This document shows positions 37,468-46,221 of a DNA stretch of 64,000 nt, piece by piece (the first letter of the stretch is position 1; each line of letters begins with the position of its first letter). A model generated the notes under the pieces. That model made no database searches and had not been told where the DNA came from. It saw only the letters and a program-made list of their open reading frames with translations. The position numbers and the translations under genes were made by a program. Location: positions 64,001 to 128,000 of the IMG/VR virus record IMGVR_UViG_3300009161_000023; one strand, given 5' to 3'. The DNA comes from a virus.

Positions 37468-37855
37468 ATTTTAAATAAAAAGAACTTAATAATTCTTTTT
37501 TGTTTATAAACTTAATATAATGTATGAATTTAACATTTGTATTTTTATTTAAATCATAAGTATTTAATGAACTAAAAAAATTATTTTTTTCTAAAGTTTT
37601 TTTATTTTTTAAATTAATTGAATAACAATTATTTTCACAAGATATTGTTTTTTCTTTTTTATCAAATAAAATTTTATATTTTGTAAATATTTCTTCAATA
37701 TTATTTTTGTGCTTTTCATTTATAAATGAAGATTCAAAAAAAGATCCATATGCTTCAAAGCTTTGTTGTTTTTTAATTAAAGCTAACTTTTCTTCTTCAA
37801 TTACAATTGTGTGACAAATTAAATATAATTTTGATTCAGGTTTTTTAACTTTCAA
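37460..37855 (-). CDS. Hypothetical protein
   Basis: 131-aa ORF starting 2 nt after the nuclease stop. Confidence 0.6.
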   Translation of the reverse strand: MKVKKPESKLYLICHTIVIEEEKLALIKKQQSFEAYGSFFESSFINEKHKNNIEEIFTKYKILFDKKEKTISCENNCYSINLKNKKTLEKNNFFSSLNTYDLNKNTNVKFIHYIKFINKKELLSSFYLKSN

Positions 37856-37857
37856 GA

Positions 37858-38628
37858 TTATCCTTTTTTAAAAAATGGACAGATATCATTATAATCGCAC
37901 CTTCTGCAATGTTCTCCGACATTTCCATGTACTTCGTCTGGATCTTTATTTATGATTTTTTTGTAAGTTTCAATTAAAGTTTTTTTGCAATTTTGTAAAG
38001 TTTCTTCGCTAAAGCTTACTGATATTAATTCACATCCATCAAGATAAAACAAAGCTAAAACAATATTTTCTGCTTTTATATTAAACAATTCTTTTACAAC
38101 TAAAGCATAAGTTTGCATTTGCAAATCGCTTTTAATTGTAAATTTATTTTTTCTATAAGGCCCTTTTTTAGTTGTTTTATAATCAATAATAAATATCTTA
38201 TCGTTTTTTTTAATTAATCTATCTATGAATCCATATGCAGTTATATTATTAGGTGGATCTAAATCAAGTTTGAATTCAAATTCTAAATCACCATCAAATC
38301 CTAAGTATTCAGTTATATTTTTAATGGCTCTTACATGATCGCCTATTTTTCTTTGATAGGCAATTGGCAAGCTAATTTTTGATTTATTATCAGAATCTCT
38401 CTGTATAGCAATATTTCCTTCTATTATATTTTTAATATAATGTTCTAAAGTATTGCTGCCTTTTGATTCGACATATAATTCGGCCCCTTTATGAATAATT
38501 TGACCGTATGTAAAATAAATTTGTTGCGGTTTATTTGAAACTACATTAAGATGATATCGGTATTTATACTGCTGTTCGCATAAATCCCAACACTGTTTTC
38601 TACTTACGCTTAAATGTGAAATTTTCAT
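37858..38628 (-). CDS. PD-(D/E)XK exonuclease, Cas4/RecB-like with an Fe-S-type Cys set
   Basis: GQIIHKGAE, GFIDRL, IIDYKT, QMQTY, HCRRCDYNDICP plus an N-terminal Cys; start refined to ATG 38628 (MKISHLSVSR). Confidence 0.9.
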   Translation of the reverse strand: MKISHLSVSRKQCWDLCEQQYKYRYHLNVVSNKPQQIYFTYGQIIHKGAELYVESKGSNTLEHYIKNIIEGNIAIQRDSDNKSKISLPIAYQRKIGDHVRAIKNITEYLGFDGDLEFEFKLDLDPPNNITAYGFIDRLIKKNDKIFIIDYKTTKKGPYRKNKFTIKSDLQMQTYALVVKELFNIKAENIVLALFYLDGCELISVSFSEETLQNCKKTLIETYKKIINKDPDEVHGNVGEHCRRCDYNDICPFFKKG

Positions 38629-38656
38629 ACTGTATTTTACACTATTGGAAATAATT

Positions 38657-39658
38657 ATGCAAATTAGTTTTGATGCTTTTAAAGATTGGGCAGATAAAAG
38701 ATTTTCCAACATCTTAATAAAAGGCAATGAAATTAGATTAAATTCTATTTTTTCTGAAGATAAAAGTCATCATATGTGGTGTAATCCTTATGGTGGCAAA
38801 AAAACTATAGATTATGGGGTTTATCATTGTTTTAAAACAGATAAAAAAGGAACTTTGATTGGTTTGGTTATGGAAGTAGATAAGTGTGATTTTTATACCG
38901 CATTAAGGATTTTAAAAGGCGATGCAAGGGTAAGTAATAAACCATTGAATAAAATATTAGATTTTTATGATAATAAAATTTATTCTAAAGTAAGAAAAAT
39001 TAATTTCCCAGAACATTGTTTTAAAATTGATGAATTTTCAAATGATAAAATTCATCAAAATGCAATCGAATATTTAAATAAAAGAAAAATTGATTTTAAA
39101 GATTTTTATGTTTGTTTGAATGGAAATTACAATAATAGAATTATTATACCTTATTTTAATGAAATGAAAGAATTAATTTATTTCAATTCTAGAGCGTTGC
39201 ATGAAACAAAATTAAGATATTTAGGGCCACCAAAAACAATTGGCGTAGGCAAAGAAGATATTCTTTATTTCCCAAGCATTCCAACATCAAAGAAAGTTTA
39301 CCTTACAGAAGGCGAATTTGATGCTTATTCGTTAAAAACATGTGGGTTTAATAGTGCAGCTTGTGGAGGTAAAAATTTATCTGATATTCAAGCATCTATG
39401 TTATCTACTTTTAAAATTTGTCTTTGTTTAGATTTAGATAATGCAGGTACTACCGCTTTGAAAAGCATGAAAAATAAGTTAGATGCTTTTAATTCTTCTG
39501 GATCAAAAAATAGAATTACTATAATTAGACCAGCAGAAGGGTATAAAGATTGGAATGAAATGCTTGTTAAGTTCAACATAGATGTTGTAAATGCATATAT
39601 TGAAAAACACGAAAAATTATTTTCTTTAAGTGACTTTGGAGGCTTCAATGAATTCTGA
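38657..39658 (+). CDS. dnaG: DNA primase (DnaG / T4 gp61-like)
   Basis: N-terminal Zn-ribbon-like region (CNP..HCFKT), RIIIPY, TOPRIM YLTEGEFDA and DLDNAG; start refined to ATG 38657. Confidence 0.88.
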   Translation: MQISFDAFKDWADKRFSNILIKGNEIRLNSIFSEDKSHHMWCNPYGGKKTIDYGVYHCFKTDKKGTLIGLVMEVDKCDFYTALRILKGDARVSNKPLNKILDFYDNKIYSKVRKINFPEHCFKIDEFSNDKIHQNAIEYLNKRKIDFKDFYVCLNGNYNNRIIIPYFNEMKELIYFNSRALHETKLRYLGPPKTIGVGKEDILYFPSIPTSKKVYLTEGEFDAYSLKTCGFNSAACGGKNLSDIQASMLSTFKICLCLDLDNAGTTALKSMKNKLDAFNSSGSKNRITIIRPAEGYKDWNEMLVKFNIDVVNAYIEKHEKLFSLSDFGGFNEF

Positions 39659-39947
39659 TATTAAAAAAATATTTTTAAATAAAATTTGTACCATAATATT
39701 AAAACCAATTAATAGAAACTTTAACGAAGAACAAAACATTAATTATTTTGTTGGATCTGTTATTGATATTAACGAAGAAGGAATCTTAATGGAACACCCA
39801 GAAAATAAATGTAAAAGTTTTTTTTATAAAAATTCTATTATTGGTTTGGCAGAAGAATTAGTTGTTTATAAAAAAGATGAAGTAAAAAATAAGAATTTTA
39901 ATCCTTATGAAAACATAGATGATTTGACGGATGTTATTAAAAAATAA
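39648..39947 (+). CDS. Small hypothetical protein, possibly Sm/SH3-like barrel
   Basis: KICTIIL...FVGSVIDINEEGILME...FFYKNSIIGL; start refined to ATG 39648. Confidence 0.6.
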   Translation: MNSDIKKIFLNKICTIILKPINRNFNEEQNINYFVGSVIDINEEGILMEHPENKCKSFFYKNSIIGLAEELVVYKKDEVKNKNFNPYENIDDLTDVIKK

Positions 39948-39949
39948 TA

Positions 39950-40759
39950 TTAAATATCTGGTATACCAAGACATCCAATTGTTATTCTTGATAGAAAAAT
40001 ATCAAGATCTTTTTTGTTATAACTGTCAATGTTTTCTTCTATGCATCTATAAAGATCATCAACTTTATTCTCTTTGATAGTTAAAATTATTTTTTTATTT
40101 AAAAGTTCTTCAAATTTAGTAATTTGATTTTTAATATCAACTACAAAATCTTTTCTATCAAGATTATTTAACAAGTCTGATATTTTTTCTTTTATTTCTT
40201 TAATTTTTTCAACTAAATATAAATCTGGTTTAGTAGCTTCTTCTGGTTCTTCTGGTTCTTCTGGTTCTTCTGGCTTGCTTGGTTCTGCTAGTTCAGAAGA
40301 AGGTTCTACAGTAACTTTTTTTGCTGCTTCGTATCTTTTTTCGTTTTTTAAAACATTAATAATTACATTTAAAGTATTTTCAATTTCATTTATTTTATCT
40401 GATATTTCTTGAACCATTTTATCTCGACTCAATTCAATTGAATAATAATTAGATTGATTCCAAGTTTTTATAGCATCATAAATTAAATTATATGTTTTTT
40501 CATCAAGACAAAAATCAGGAATGTTGTTGTAAACTGGCTTCTTTTTTCCAAATAATTTTTCTAATACAGTTTTTTTTTCAGAATCAACATCTGGATTCTG
40601 TGTTTTTATTTCAGATTTGCATTTCTCTTTTAAATCATTTAGAAATTTATTATAAGACGGAAAATTGTCATCAACAAAACTTCTTGTTTTGCCAATAAAT
40701 TCTCTTTTTAATTCTTTCAAAGTTGAAACAAGATTATATAACTGTCTTAAGTTTGCCAT
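39950..40759 (-). CDS. Hypothetical helical protein with a PEE repeat
   Basis: 269 aa; 4 x 9-nt ttcttctgg at 40238-40273. Confidence 0.75.
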   Translation of the reverse strand: MANLRQLYNLVSTLKELKREFIGKTRSFVDDNFPSYNKFLNDLKEKCKSEIKTQNPDVDSEKKTVLEKLFGKKKPVYNNIPDFCLDEKTYNLIYDAIKTWNQSNYYSIELSRDKMVQEISDKINEIENTLNVIINVLKNEKRYEAAKKVTVEPSSELAEPSKPEEPEEPEEPEEATKPDLYLVEKIKEIKEKISDLLNNLDRKDFVVDIKNQITKFEELLNKKIILTIKENKVDDLYRCIEENIDSYNKKDLDIFLSRITIGCLGIPDI

Positions 40760-40762
40760 GTA

Positions 40763-41230
40763 CTATATATTATTTTTTTTTAAAAAGCTTCCGATTTTTT
40801 TCAAAGACATTATTTTTGAATCGAAATCATGAAAATCACTATTTGTATACTGTATGTTTAATTCATTGAATTGAGATTCTTCTTCGTTTGAAACAACATC
40901 AAAATAAAAACTTTTTCCTATTTTGCTTATTAATTTAAACTTATGCATTAAAAGATATGCAGCAACTCCTAAATCAGTAACAAAGCAGTCTGAGTTGCTT
41001 TTAATATTAAAATCTTGTAATTTTTTAAGTCCCATTAAACAATGATCAAAGTAATGAAATTCACTTAATAGATAGCTAACAATTAATTCATCAAATTTAA
41101 GTTCATCATTTTCATTAATTTCAAAAAAAAATATTTTTTCTTTTTTACCTAATAAATTAAACTTATTCATTAGCAAATAAGCTGAAATTCCTAAATCTGC
41201 TTGTGATTTAACTATTTTATTATTTATCAT
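40763..41230 (-). CDS. Tandem two-domain protein (DUF5659-like), coupled to the actin gene
   Basis: Two internal repeats DLG(I/V)(S/A)AYLLM.KF.L...K.F.F.....S.FH.FD...M.LKK; ATGA overlap with the actin stop. Confidence 0.7.
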   Translation of the reverse strand: MINNKIVKSQADLGISAYLLMNKFNLLGKKEKIFFFEINENDELKFDELIVSYLLSEFHYFDHCLMGLKKLQDFNIKSNSDCFVTDLGVAAYLLMHKFKLISKIGKSFYFDVVSNEEESQFNELNIQYTNSDFHDFDSKIMSLKKIGSFLKKNNI

Positions 41231-42237
41231 GATAAGGATGCCTCTGCTGCAATATAACAGCCTCTAGTTACACTAAACAAAGGATCAGGTGGCATTATTA
41301 CATTTCCAATTGGAATGCTTAAATCGGCACTTTTAATTGTTTGTTCAAATATTTCTTTAAATCCATCTATACTTGCAGTTCCACCAGCTACAACAAAATC
41401 AATTGGTTCAGCAATTCTTACTGATTTACCAGCATTTGCTAATCCATTCTTAATACCGACTACAGTTTTTTCAATCATCAACTTATATTGAGTTTGTATT
41501 GCTCTTTCAATCAAGTTTGTTGGTTCTTTTATTAGACTAACTTTCATTTTTTCTTTATTTATGAAAGTTGGGCTTTCGCCAGTAGCCTTTGCAGCTTGTT
41601 TATCAATCCAATCTCCTGAATTTACTATTGCAAATTGAAAAATTGGATTTCCATACATTGCAAAACAAACATTAACCATGCCCCCACCGCAACTACAACT
41701 TATACCTGTAAAATTTTTATTTCCTAATTCAGCATAGACTAATGCTAATGCTTCATTTATTGGTCTAGATTCTAATTTTGATCCATTGTTAGATTCATAA
41801 GCATTAAAAATAGCTTGTAATACCTTGCTGTGATAATCAGCATCTGTTTCTAAGTTAATTGCATTTGCTGGCACACAATAATACAAAAGAGAATTTTCTT
41901 GAATATCACCAATTAAACTATGTATCATAATGCTTAAAATTTGAAATGCATCTTTTTCTTTAGGATTCACACATCCATCACACATCGGTCTTTTTAATTC
42001 TAAGCTAGGTAAAGTATAAGCCATGTTTACAGCAGATTCGCCTAATGCATATGCTACCTTTCCTTTTTCAATTAATGGAACGCCTGCATTTTTCATCATG
42101 TTGAAAACGAATCTGTTTTCTAAAGGTAGCTCTAAGAAAGCATTAATTTCTTTTTTGTATGAAAACTCTTCTTTGTTTTTCTTGCTACAAATTAAAGTAT
42201 ATGTGCCAACATCGAATCCAATAATTGATTTTGCCAT
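41227..42237 (-). CDS. Actin-like ATPase, salactin/MreB/ParM superfamily
   Basis: IGFDVGT (phosphate 1), YCVPA, PINEALALVYAEL (connect 1), NFTGISCSCGGGMVNVC (phosphate 2), GDWID.QAA.ATG, VVAGGT (adenosine), PLFSVTRG; AAGGA SD. Confidence 0.88.
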   Translation of the reverse strand: MAKSIIGFDVGTYTLICSKKNKEEFSYKKEINAFLELPLENRFVFNMMKNAGVPLIEKGKVAYALGESAVNMAYTLPSLELKRPMCDGCVNPKEKDAFQILSIMIHSLIGDIQENSLLYYCVPANAINLETDADYHSKVLQAIFNAYESNNGSKLESRPINEALALVYAELGNKNFTGISCSCGGGMVNVCFAMYGNPIFQFAIVNSGDWIDKQAAKATGESPTFINKEKMKVSLIKEPTNLIERAIQTQYKLMIEKTVVGIKNGLANAGKSVRIAEPIDFVVAGGTASIDGFKEIFEQTIKSADLSIPIGNVIMPPDPLFSVTRGCYIAAEASLS

Positions 42238-42246
42238 GACTTCCTT

Positions 42247-42489
42247 TTATTTACCAAAGTTTAAATTGTTTGTCTTTGTGGATTTAAAATCAGGTATCTC
42301 CCACATAGGATTTTCTTCTTTTTCTTTAGTATCATTAGTTAAATTTATAATAGTGTTTTGTGGAGAATTTTGAGAATTAAAATTAGGCATACCAGTAAAA
42401 TTGATATTTACATCTAGTGTTATATGAAGAGAACACTCTCCATCTTTTGTAACTACTTTCACTTTATTGTTGTCTATTTTGTAAACCAT
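42247..42489 (-). CDS. Small protein upstream of the actin gene, possible adaptor
   Basis: ATG 42489, 4 nt after the upstream stop; beta-hairpin head, N/Q/T linker, C-terminal WEIPDF..LNFGK. Confidence 0.65.
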   Translation of the reverse strand: MVYKIDNNKVKVVTKDGECSLHITLDVNINFTGMPNFNSQNSPQNTIINLTNDTKEKEENPMWEIPDFKSTKTNNLNFGK

Positions 42490-42493
42490 AGTA

Positions 42494-43459
42494 TTAAAAA
42501 TATTTATTAATAAGCTCTTCGATTTTTCCAACGAATTCTTCATTAGTTAATTCAGAAACACAAGGTTTATTACTTATTACATTTGTTTTAGTACAAGCAC
42601 CATAATTCCAGCAAGGGCCACAATCCCAATTACCATTTTTCCTATGTCTTTGTAAAACAATTGTATTTTTATAATACTTGCAATATACATATCCATCTAC
42701 ATAGCTAAAAATTGCTAAATTTGGTTTATTTAACCCACCAGAGCAGTGTAAATGTCCTGTATCTACAGTTATTGTTGCTTTTGATAAGTAATGGGCAGCA
42801 ATTACATCATCAAAAGAATTTAAGCATAAAAATGGATATCCTTTTCCTATTAAACTTAAATTAATTTGATTATGTAAAATTATACAATTAATTTTCCTCT
42901 GATATAAATACTTCAATATAAATTCAATTTGACCAACTAATAAATCTTTAGCTGGTTGAGCAGAAAAAGGGCATAATAATACAACAGGAGCTTTATTAAA
43001 TATTATAAATTTTTCAATATAAGAGTTTACTTTGATTATCGATTCTTCTCTTGGAGACAAATACATATTATGATTCTCAGGGTAGACACCACAATGTTCA
43101 GCCCATATGTCACTTCTGTGAGTAACACAATTAACTAAATATTTCCATTCGTGTCTAATGCAAGCATTTTTTAAATCAAATACTTTTATAAAATCATTTT
43201 TATTTATTGATCCTGAATCTGAAATTTCATCTATAAAAGGATGGGATCCTATAGAGTGATAAGCTTTTGGAATTGACCAATTAATATAAAAATGAGGATA
43301 TTTTTTCTTTATATCTTCAAACATCATTCTCATCATTAGAATGTCACCAAACCCACCCATTTCTCTCAAAAATAATATTTTTTTTCTTTTATTATAATAT
43401 TCATCAATTTTATTTATGTAAATATCATTGTTTGGTTTTTTAATTAAACATTTAAGCAT
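42494..43459 (-). CDS. Glycosyltransferase family 9-like (heptosyltransferase, GT-B)
   Basis: FLREMGGFGDILM, LCPFSAQPAK, ITVDTGHLHCSGGLNKPNLAIF. Confidence 0.85.
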   Translation of the reverse strand: MLKCLIKKPNNDIYINKIDEYYNKRKKILFLREMGGFGDILMMRMMFEDIKKKYPHFYINWSIPKAYHSIGSHPFIDEISDSGSINKNDFIKVFDLKNACIRHEWKYLVNCVTHRSDIWAEHCGVYPENHNMYLSPREESIIKVNSYIEKFIIFNKAPVVLLCPFSAQPAKDLLVGQIEFILKYLYQRKINCIILHNQINLSLIGKGYPFLCLNSFDDVIAAHYLSKATITVDTGHLHCSGGLNKPNLAIFSYVDGYVYCKYYKNTIVLQRHRKNGNWDCGPCWNYGACTKTNVISNKPCVSELTNEEFVGKIEELINKYF

Positions 43460-43474
43460 AACTTATTATAATAA

Positions 43475-43504
43475 AAAAAGTCATCTTGTTAAAGATGACT
43501 TTTT
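43475..43504. terminator. Rho-independent terminator
   Basis: aaaaagtcatctt-gtta-aagatgacttttt. Confidence 0.8.
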
Positions 43505-43528
43505 ATTTTTTAAAGTTTTATATGCTTT

Positions 43529-44095
43529 TTAGGTATAGCAAATACTTTTTACGCCAGCAATAATTTGAATAGAAGCAGATCCTGCACCAGCAGCAGAGAA
43601 ACCAAGACTAGTAATTTGCAAATCGCCATGATTAAAAGTTTGGGTAGAAGTTGAACCAATTGTGAACTGTGCAGATGGTAATCCGTTTAGTTCGCAAACA
43701 ACATCATCTTCACCATTGTTTGTTATTTGAATAAATGATGCAAATGAATTATAAAGAGTTAAATAATTAATAGCTTCTACAATAGAAGTTGTAACAGTAG
43801 TGACATTAGTTACTACTGGGAAACTATTTTCACTTGGATCATTACTGTATACAGATCCATCATCGGTTACAGTTTCAACAATAGCATCTTCATAAGATGC
43901 TTGAGGATAAGCAAATTTTTTCCAATAGTTACAATCAGTAAAAGTTTCACCATCCATTAATTCTCTGTAAATCCCATTAGGGCCAGCAACATACATTCCT
44001 CTTTGAACAGAAGGATTTATTTGTGATCCATTAGAAGGATTAATGTCTAATTTTCCTTGATCTATATTATTAAGGGCTACTTTAAATTCACTCAT
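43529..44095 (-). CDS. Putative virion structural protein
   Basis: AAAGGAG SD, own TATATATA motif upstream and terminator downstream; C-terminal beta-sandwich pattern. Confidence 0.7.
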   Translation of the reverse strand: MSEFKVALNNIDQGKLDINPSNGSQINPSVQRGMYVAGPNGIYRELMDGETFTDCNYWKKFAYPQASYEDAIVETVTDDGSVYSNDPSENSFPVVTNVTTVTTSIVEAINYLTLYNSFASFIQITNNGEDDVVCELNGLPSAQFTIGSTSTQTFNHGDLQITSLGFSAAGAGSASIQIIAGVKSICYT

Positions 44096-44152
44096 TTTTT
44101 CTCCTTTAAGATTTATATTGTATTCTTACAATTATCTAATCTATATATAAAG

Positions 44153-44758
44153 CTAAGAGCTAAAAATGATATTTTCTGGGAAGATTTTCTTATAAATATC
44201 TTTACAATAGCTGTCTTCTACTAGAATTGTTTCTAACCCTCTGTATGCTCCTAGATATAATTCTGGGGATTCTAGACCAGCAATGCATCCTAATTCGTTT
44301 ACATTGTAATCCTCATTAACTATTTCATATCCTTTACTTATAATAAACTCTTTTAGATTTTTAAGCTTGTTTGAATTTAAAGTTGTCCTTCTAGTTGATT
44401 CTATTATTAAACATTTTTTTGATAAATTTTTTACTAGAGGCTCTTTCTTTACAACTAAATTAATATTCGTATCAAGAATCAACGATGTCAATGGATGAAC
44501 CTTGAAGTTTTCTTTACAATCATAAATACAACCAAACTTTTTCTTGTTGTTTATTAAGAAATCAAAATCAATAATGTTTTTTTGTTTATTAAAATTTCCA
44601 GATACTGATTTGTTGAATCCATAAAATATTTTCAACTCTGGGAAATATTCTTCTAGTTTTTTTCTAATTAACAAAAGAATTATTGGTATTTCTAAGTTGT
44701 GACTTAGATATGATATGCAGTAATTATTGTAAATCATATTATAATTTTCAATTATCAT
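44153..44758 (-). CDS. Degenerate GT-B (GT9-like) protein
   Basis: CIAGLESPELYLGAYRGLETILV resembles the GT9 FxGxDSG..HLAAA.G.P motif; start uncertain (44788, 44758 or 44737). Confidence 0.45.
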   Translation of the reverse strand: MIIENYNMIYNNYCISYLSHNLEIPIILLLIRKKLEEYFPELKIFYGFNKSVSGNFNKQKNIIDFDFLINNKKKFGCIYDCKENFKVHPLTSLILDTNINLVVKKEPLVKNLSKKCLIIESTRRTTLNSNKLKNLKEFIISKGYEIVNEDYNVNELGCIAGLESPELYLGAYRGLETILVEDSYCKDIYKKIFPENIIFSS

Positions 44759-44773
44759 GTATATATTTATTAT

Positions 44774-44935
44774 ATGGATGAAAAACAAAAAACAACTGAT
44801 ATTTTAATTGAAAGCAAAGAAGGTTTACAAGAATTAATGAATAATTTTGATAATAAAGAAGAAGCATTAATTAAATTACTTGAAATTATTAAAGAAAAGG
44901 GGAAATTAGATGAAGCATTTTTTATACCTTTGTAA
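44774..44935 (+). CDS. Small acidic helical protein (53 aa)
   Basis: Not in the ORF track; MDEKQKTTDILIESKEGLQELMNNFDNKEEALIKLLEIIKEKGKLDEAFFIPL fills the gap and overlaps the next gene. Confidence 0.6.
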   Translation: MDEKQKTTDILIESKEGLQELMNNFDNKEEALIKLLEIIKEKGKLDEAFFIPL

Positions 44936-45257
44936 AAGGGATAAAAAAGGGGTTATCCTCCTTTTAACTTTAAATGGCGGGAAAATACCAATAACATACC
45001 TTAACGATTTTGATAATATTGGATTGCCAGATAATATAAAACAAAAATGTGAAAGATATTATGATTCTTTAAGATTTAATTGGCAAATTGTCGTTGAGTC
45101 AAATGATAACTTTGATATAATTAAAAAGAATCTTCATAAGAATGGTTATAAAAATATACAATTTGATAATGCTCCTTTGTTTTTCAACTTAGAATCAAAT
45201 AAATTGAATATTTTAGAAAAATTACCAAAAAAGATGTTGCAAAAAAAAATTATTTGA
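44910..45257 (+). CDS. Hypothetical protein
   Basis: 115-aa ORF with a GGGG purine run upstream. Confidence 0.7.
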   Translation: MKHFLYLCKRDKKGVILLLTLNGGKIPITYLNDFDNIGLPDNIKQKCERYYDSLRFNWQIVVESNDNFDIIKKNLHKNGYKNIQFDNAPLFFNLESNKLNILEKLPKKMLQKKII

Positions 45258-45319
45258 TTAAACTTAAAATTGTGTTGCTTGTTAAATTTATTTTGCTGTG
45301 TTTAAACACGGAGGTATTT

Positions 45320-45889
45320 ATGAACGGTGTTAAGAATTGGTTGGCATACGCTGGGTTGGCTTGCGTTACAGGCTTTGCAATTTTTCAAAATTATCAAATT
45401 AATAAATTGCAAATGATTAATCAAATTACTTTTGAAGCTCGCCATCTTACTGATGATAGCTTTAAAGAGTTATTCATGATAACAATGGGTAACATTCGTG
45501 ATAACCAAATGGAAAACATCAAAAGCACTGGTAAGGTAGAAGGAATGCTGGCTGTTATTTCAAATCAAAAACCACAAGACAGTGAAACATCTGCATTATG
45601 GCATGCTGGATATTACAGAGGCATTGATCAAAGCCAAGATATGGCTGCAATTTCTTATGAGACTGGATATCATGCTGCTTTAGATGATATTAGTTGTCCT
45701 ATAAACAAAAGACCAAACTCTGAAACCATAAAAGCTAAGAGTCCTTATAACAAAGATTCTTTAGATTCAGAACAAGATAATAAAATCAAGCCTGTTTCTA
45801 ATAATTCTAATGAAGGTAATAAGCCAAAAATTACTACCAGTCCTGAACAAAAAATTGCTCCTGTTAAAGATAAGCCTAATAATAATTAA
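45320..45889 (+). CDS. Membrane-anchored hypothetical protein
   Basis: GGAGGT SD before ATG 45320; N-terminal TM helix; AGYYRG and TGYHAA repeats; disordered tail. Confidence 0.8.
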   Translation: MNGVKNWLAYAGLACVTGFAIFQNYQINKLQMINQITFEARHLTDDSFKELFMITMGNIRDNQMENIKSTGKVEGMLAVISNQKPQDSETSALWHAGYYRGIDQSQDMAAISYETGYHAALDDISCPINKRPNSETIKAKSPYNKDSLDSEQDNKIKPVSNNSNEGNKPKITTSPEQKIAPVKDKPNNN

Positions 45890-45909
45890 GGTATTAGTAT
45901 GTAATTTTT

Positions 45910-45946
45910 AAAAAAGCACCATCATTATTAATTTTGGTGCTTTTTT
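45910..45946. terminator. Bidirectional terminator between convergent genes
   Basis: aaaaaagcacca-13 nt-tggtgctttttt. Confidence 0.7.
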
Positions 45947-46221
45947 AAATTTTCTTTTTCTATCAGAAATTTGCCTTTTTTAGTTTCAATGATGATTAAT
46001 CCTTCAGTTGAAATTTCTGCGATCCTTCCTCCATGCTTTCTGAAATATTTAGCCATTTCATAATCATCATTATTTGAATCTACACTTTCAATAACTTCTA
46101 ATAAATTAGAAAAGCTTATTTTAGAATAAACTTTAACTCCTATAATATTATTATTATTTGTGTCTTGATCGTTTCCCAGCCATTTTTGAAATCCATCTAT
46201 TGAAAGATAATTTTTACTCAT
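45928..46221 (-). CDS. Hypothetical protein
   Basis: 97 aa, overlap-coupled to the upstream gene. Confidence 0.7.
   Translation of the reverse strand: MSKNYLSIDGFQKWLGNDQDTNNNNIIGVKVYSKISFSNLLEVIESVDSNNDDYEMAKYFRKHGGRIAEISTEGLIIIETKKGKFLIEKENLKKHQN

Noticed and set aside
37858-38628. CRISPR-Cas locus implied by the Cas4-like gene
   Set aside because: No cas1/cas2 or array in the window; solo Cas4-like nucleases are common in phages.
41227-42237. Archaeal host suggested by the salactin-like gene and TATA-like motif
   Set aside because: The motif often lies 4-5 nt from the ATG, unlike an archaeal TATA box about 25 nt upstream. The ACP and DnaG-type primase are bacterial-type. The host cannot be determined from this window.
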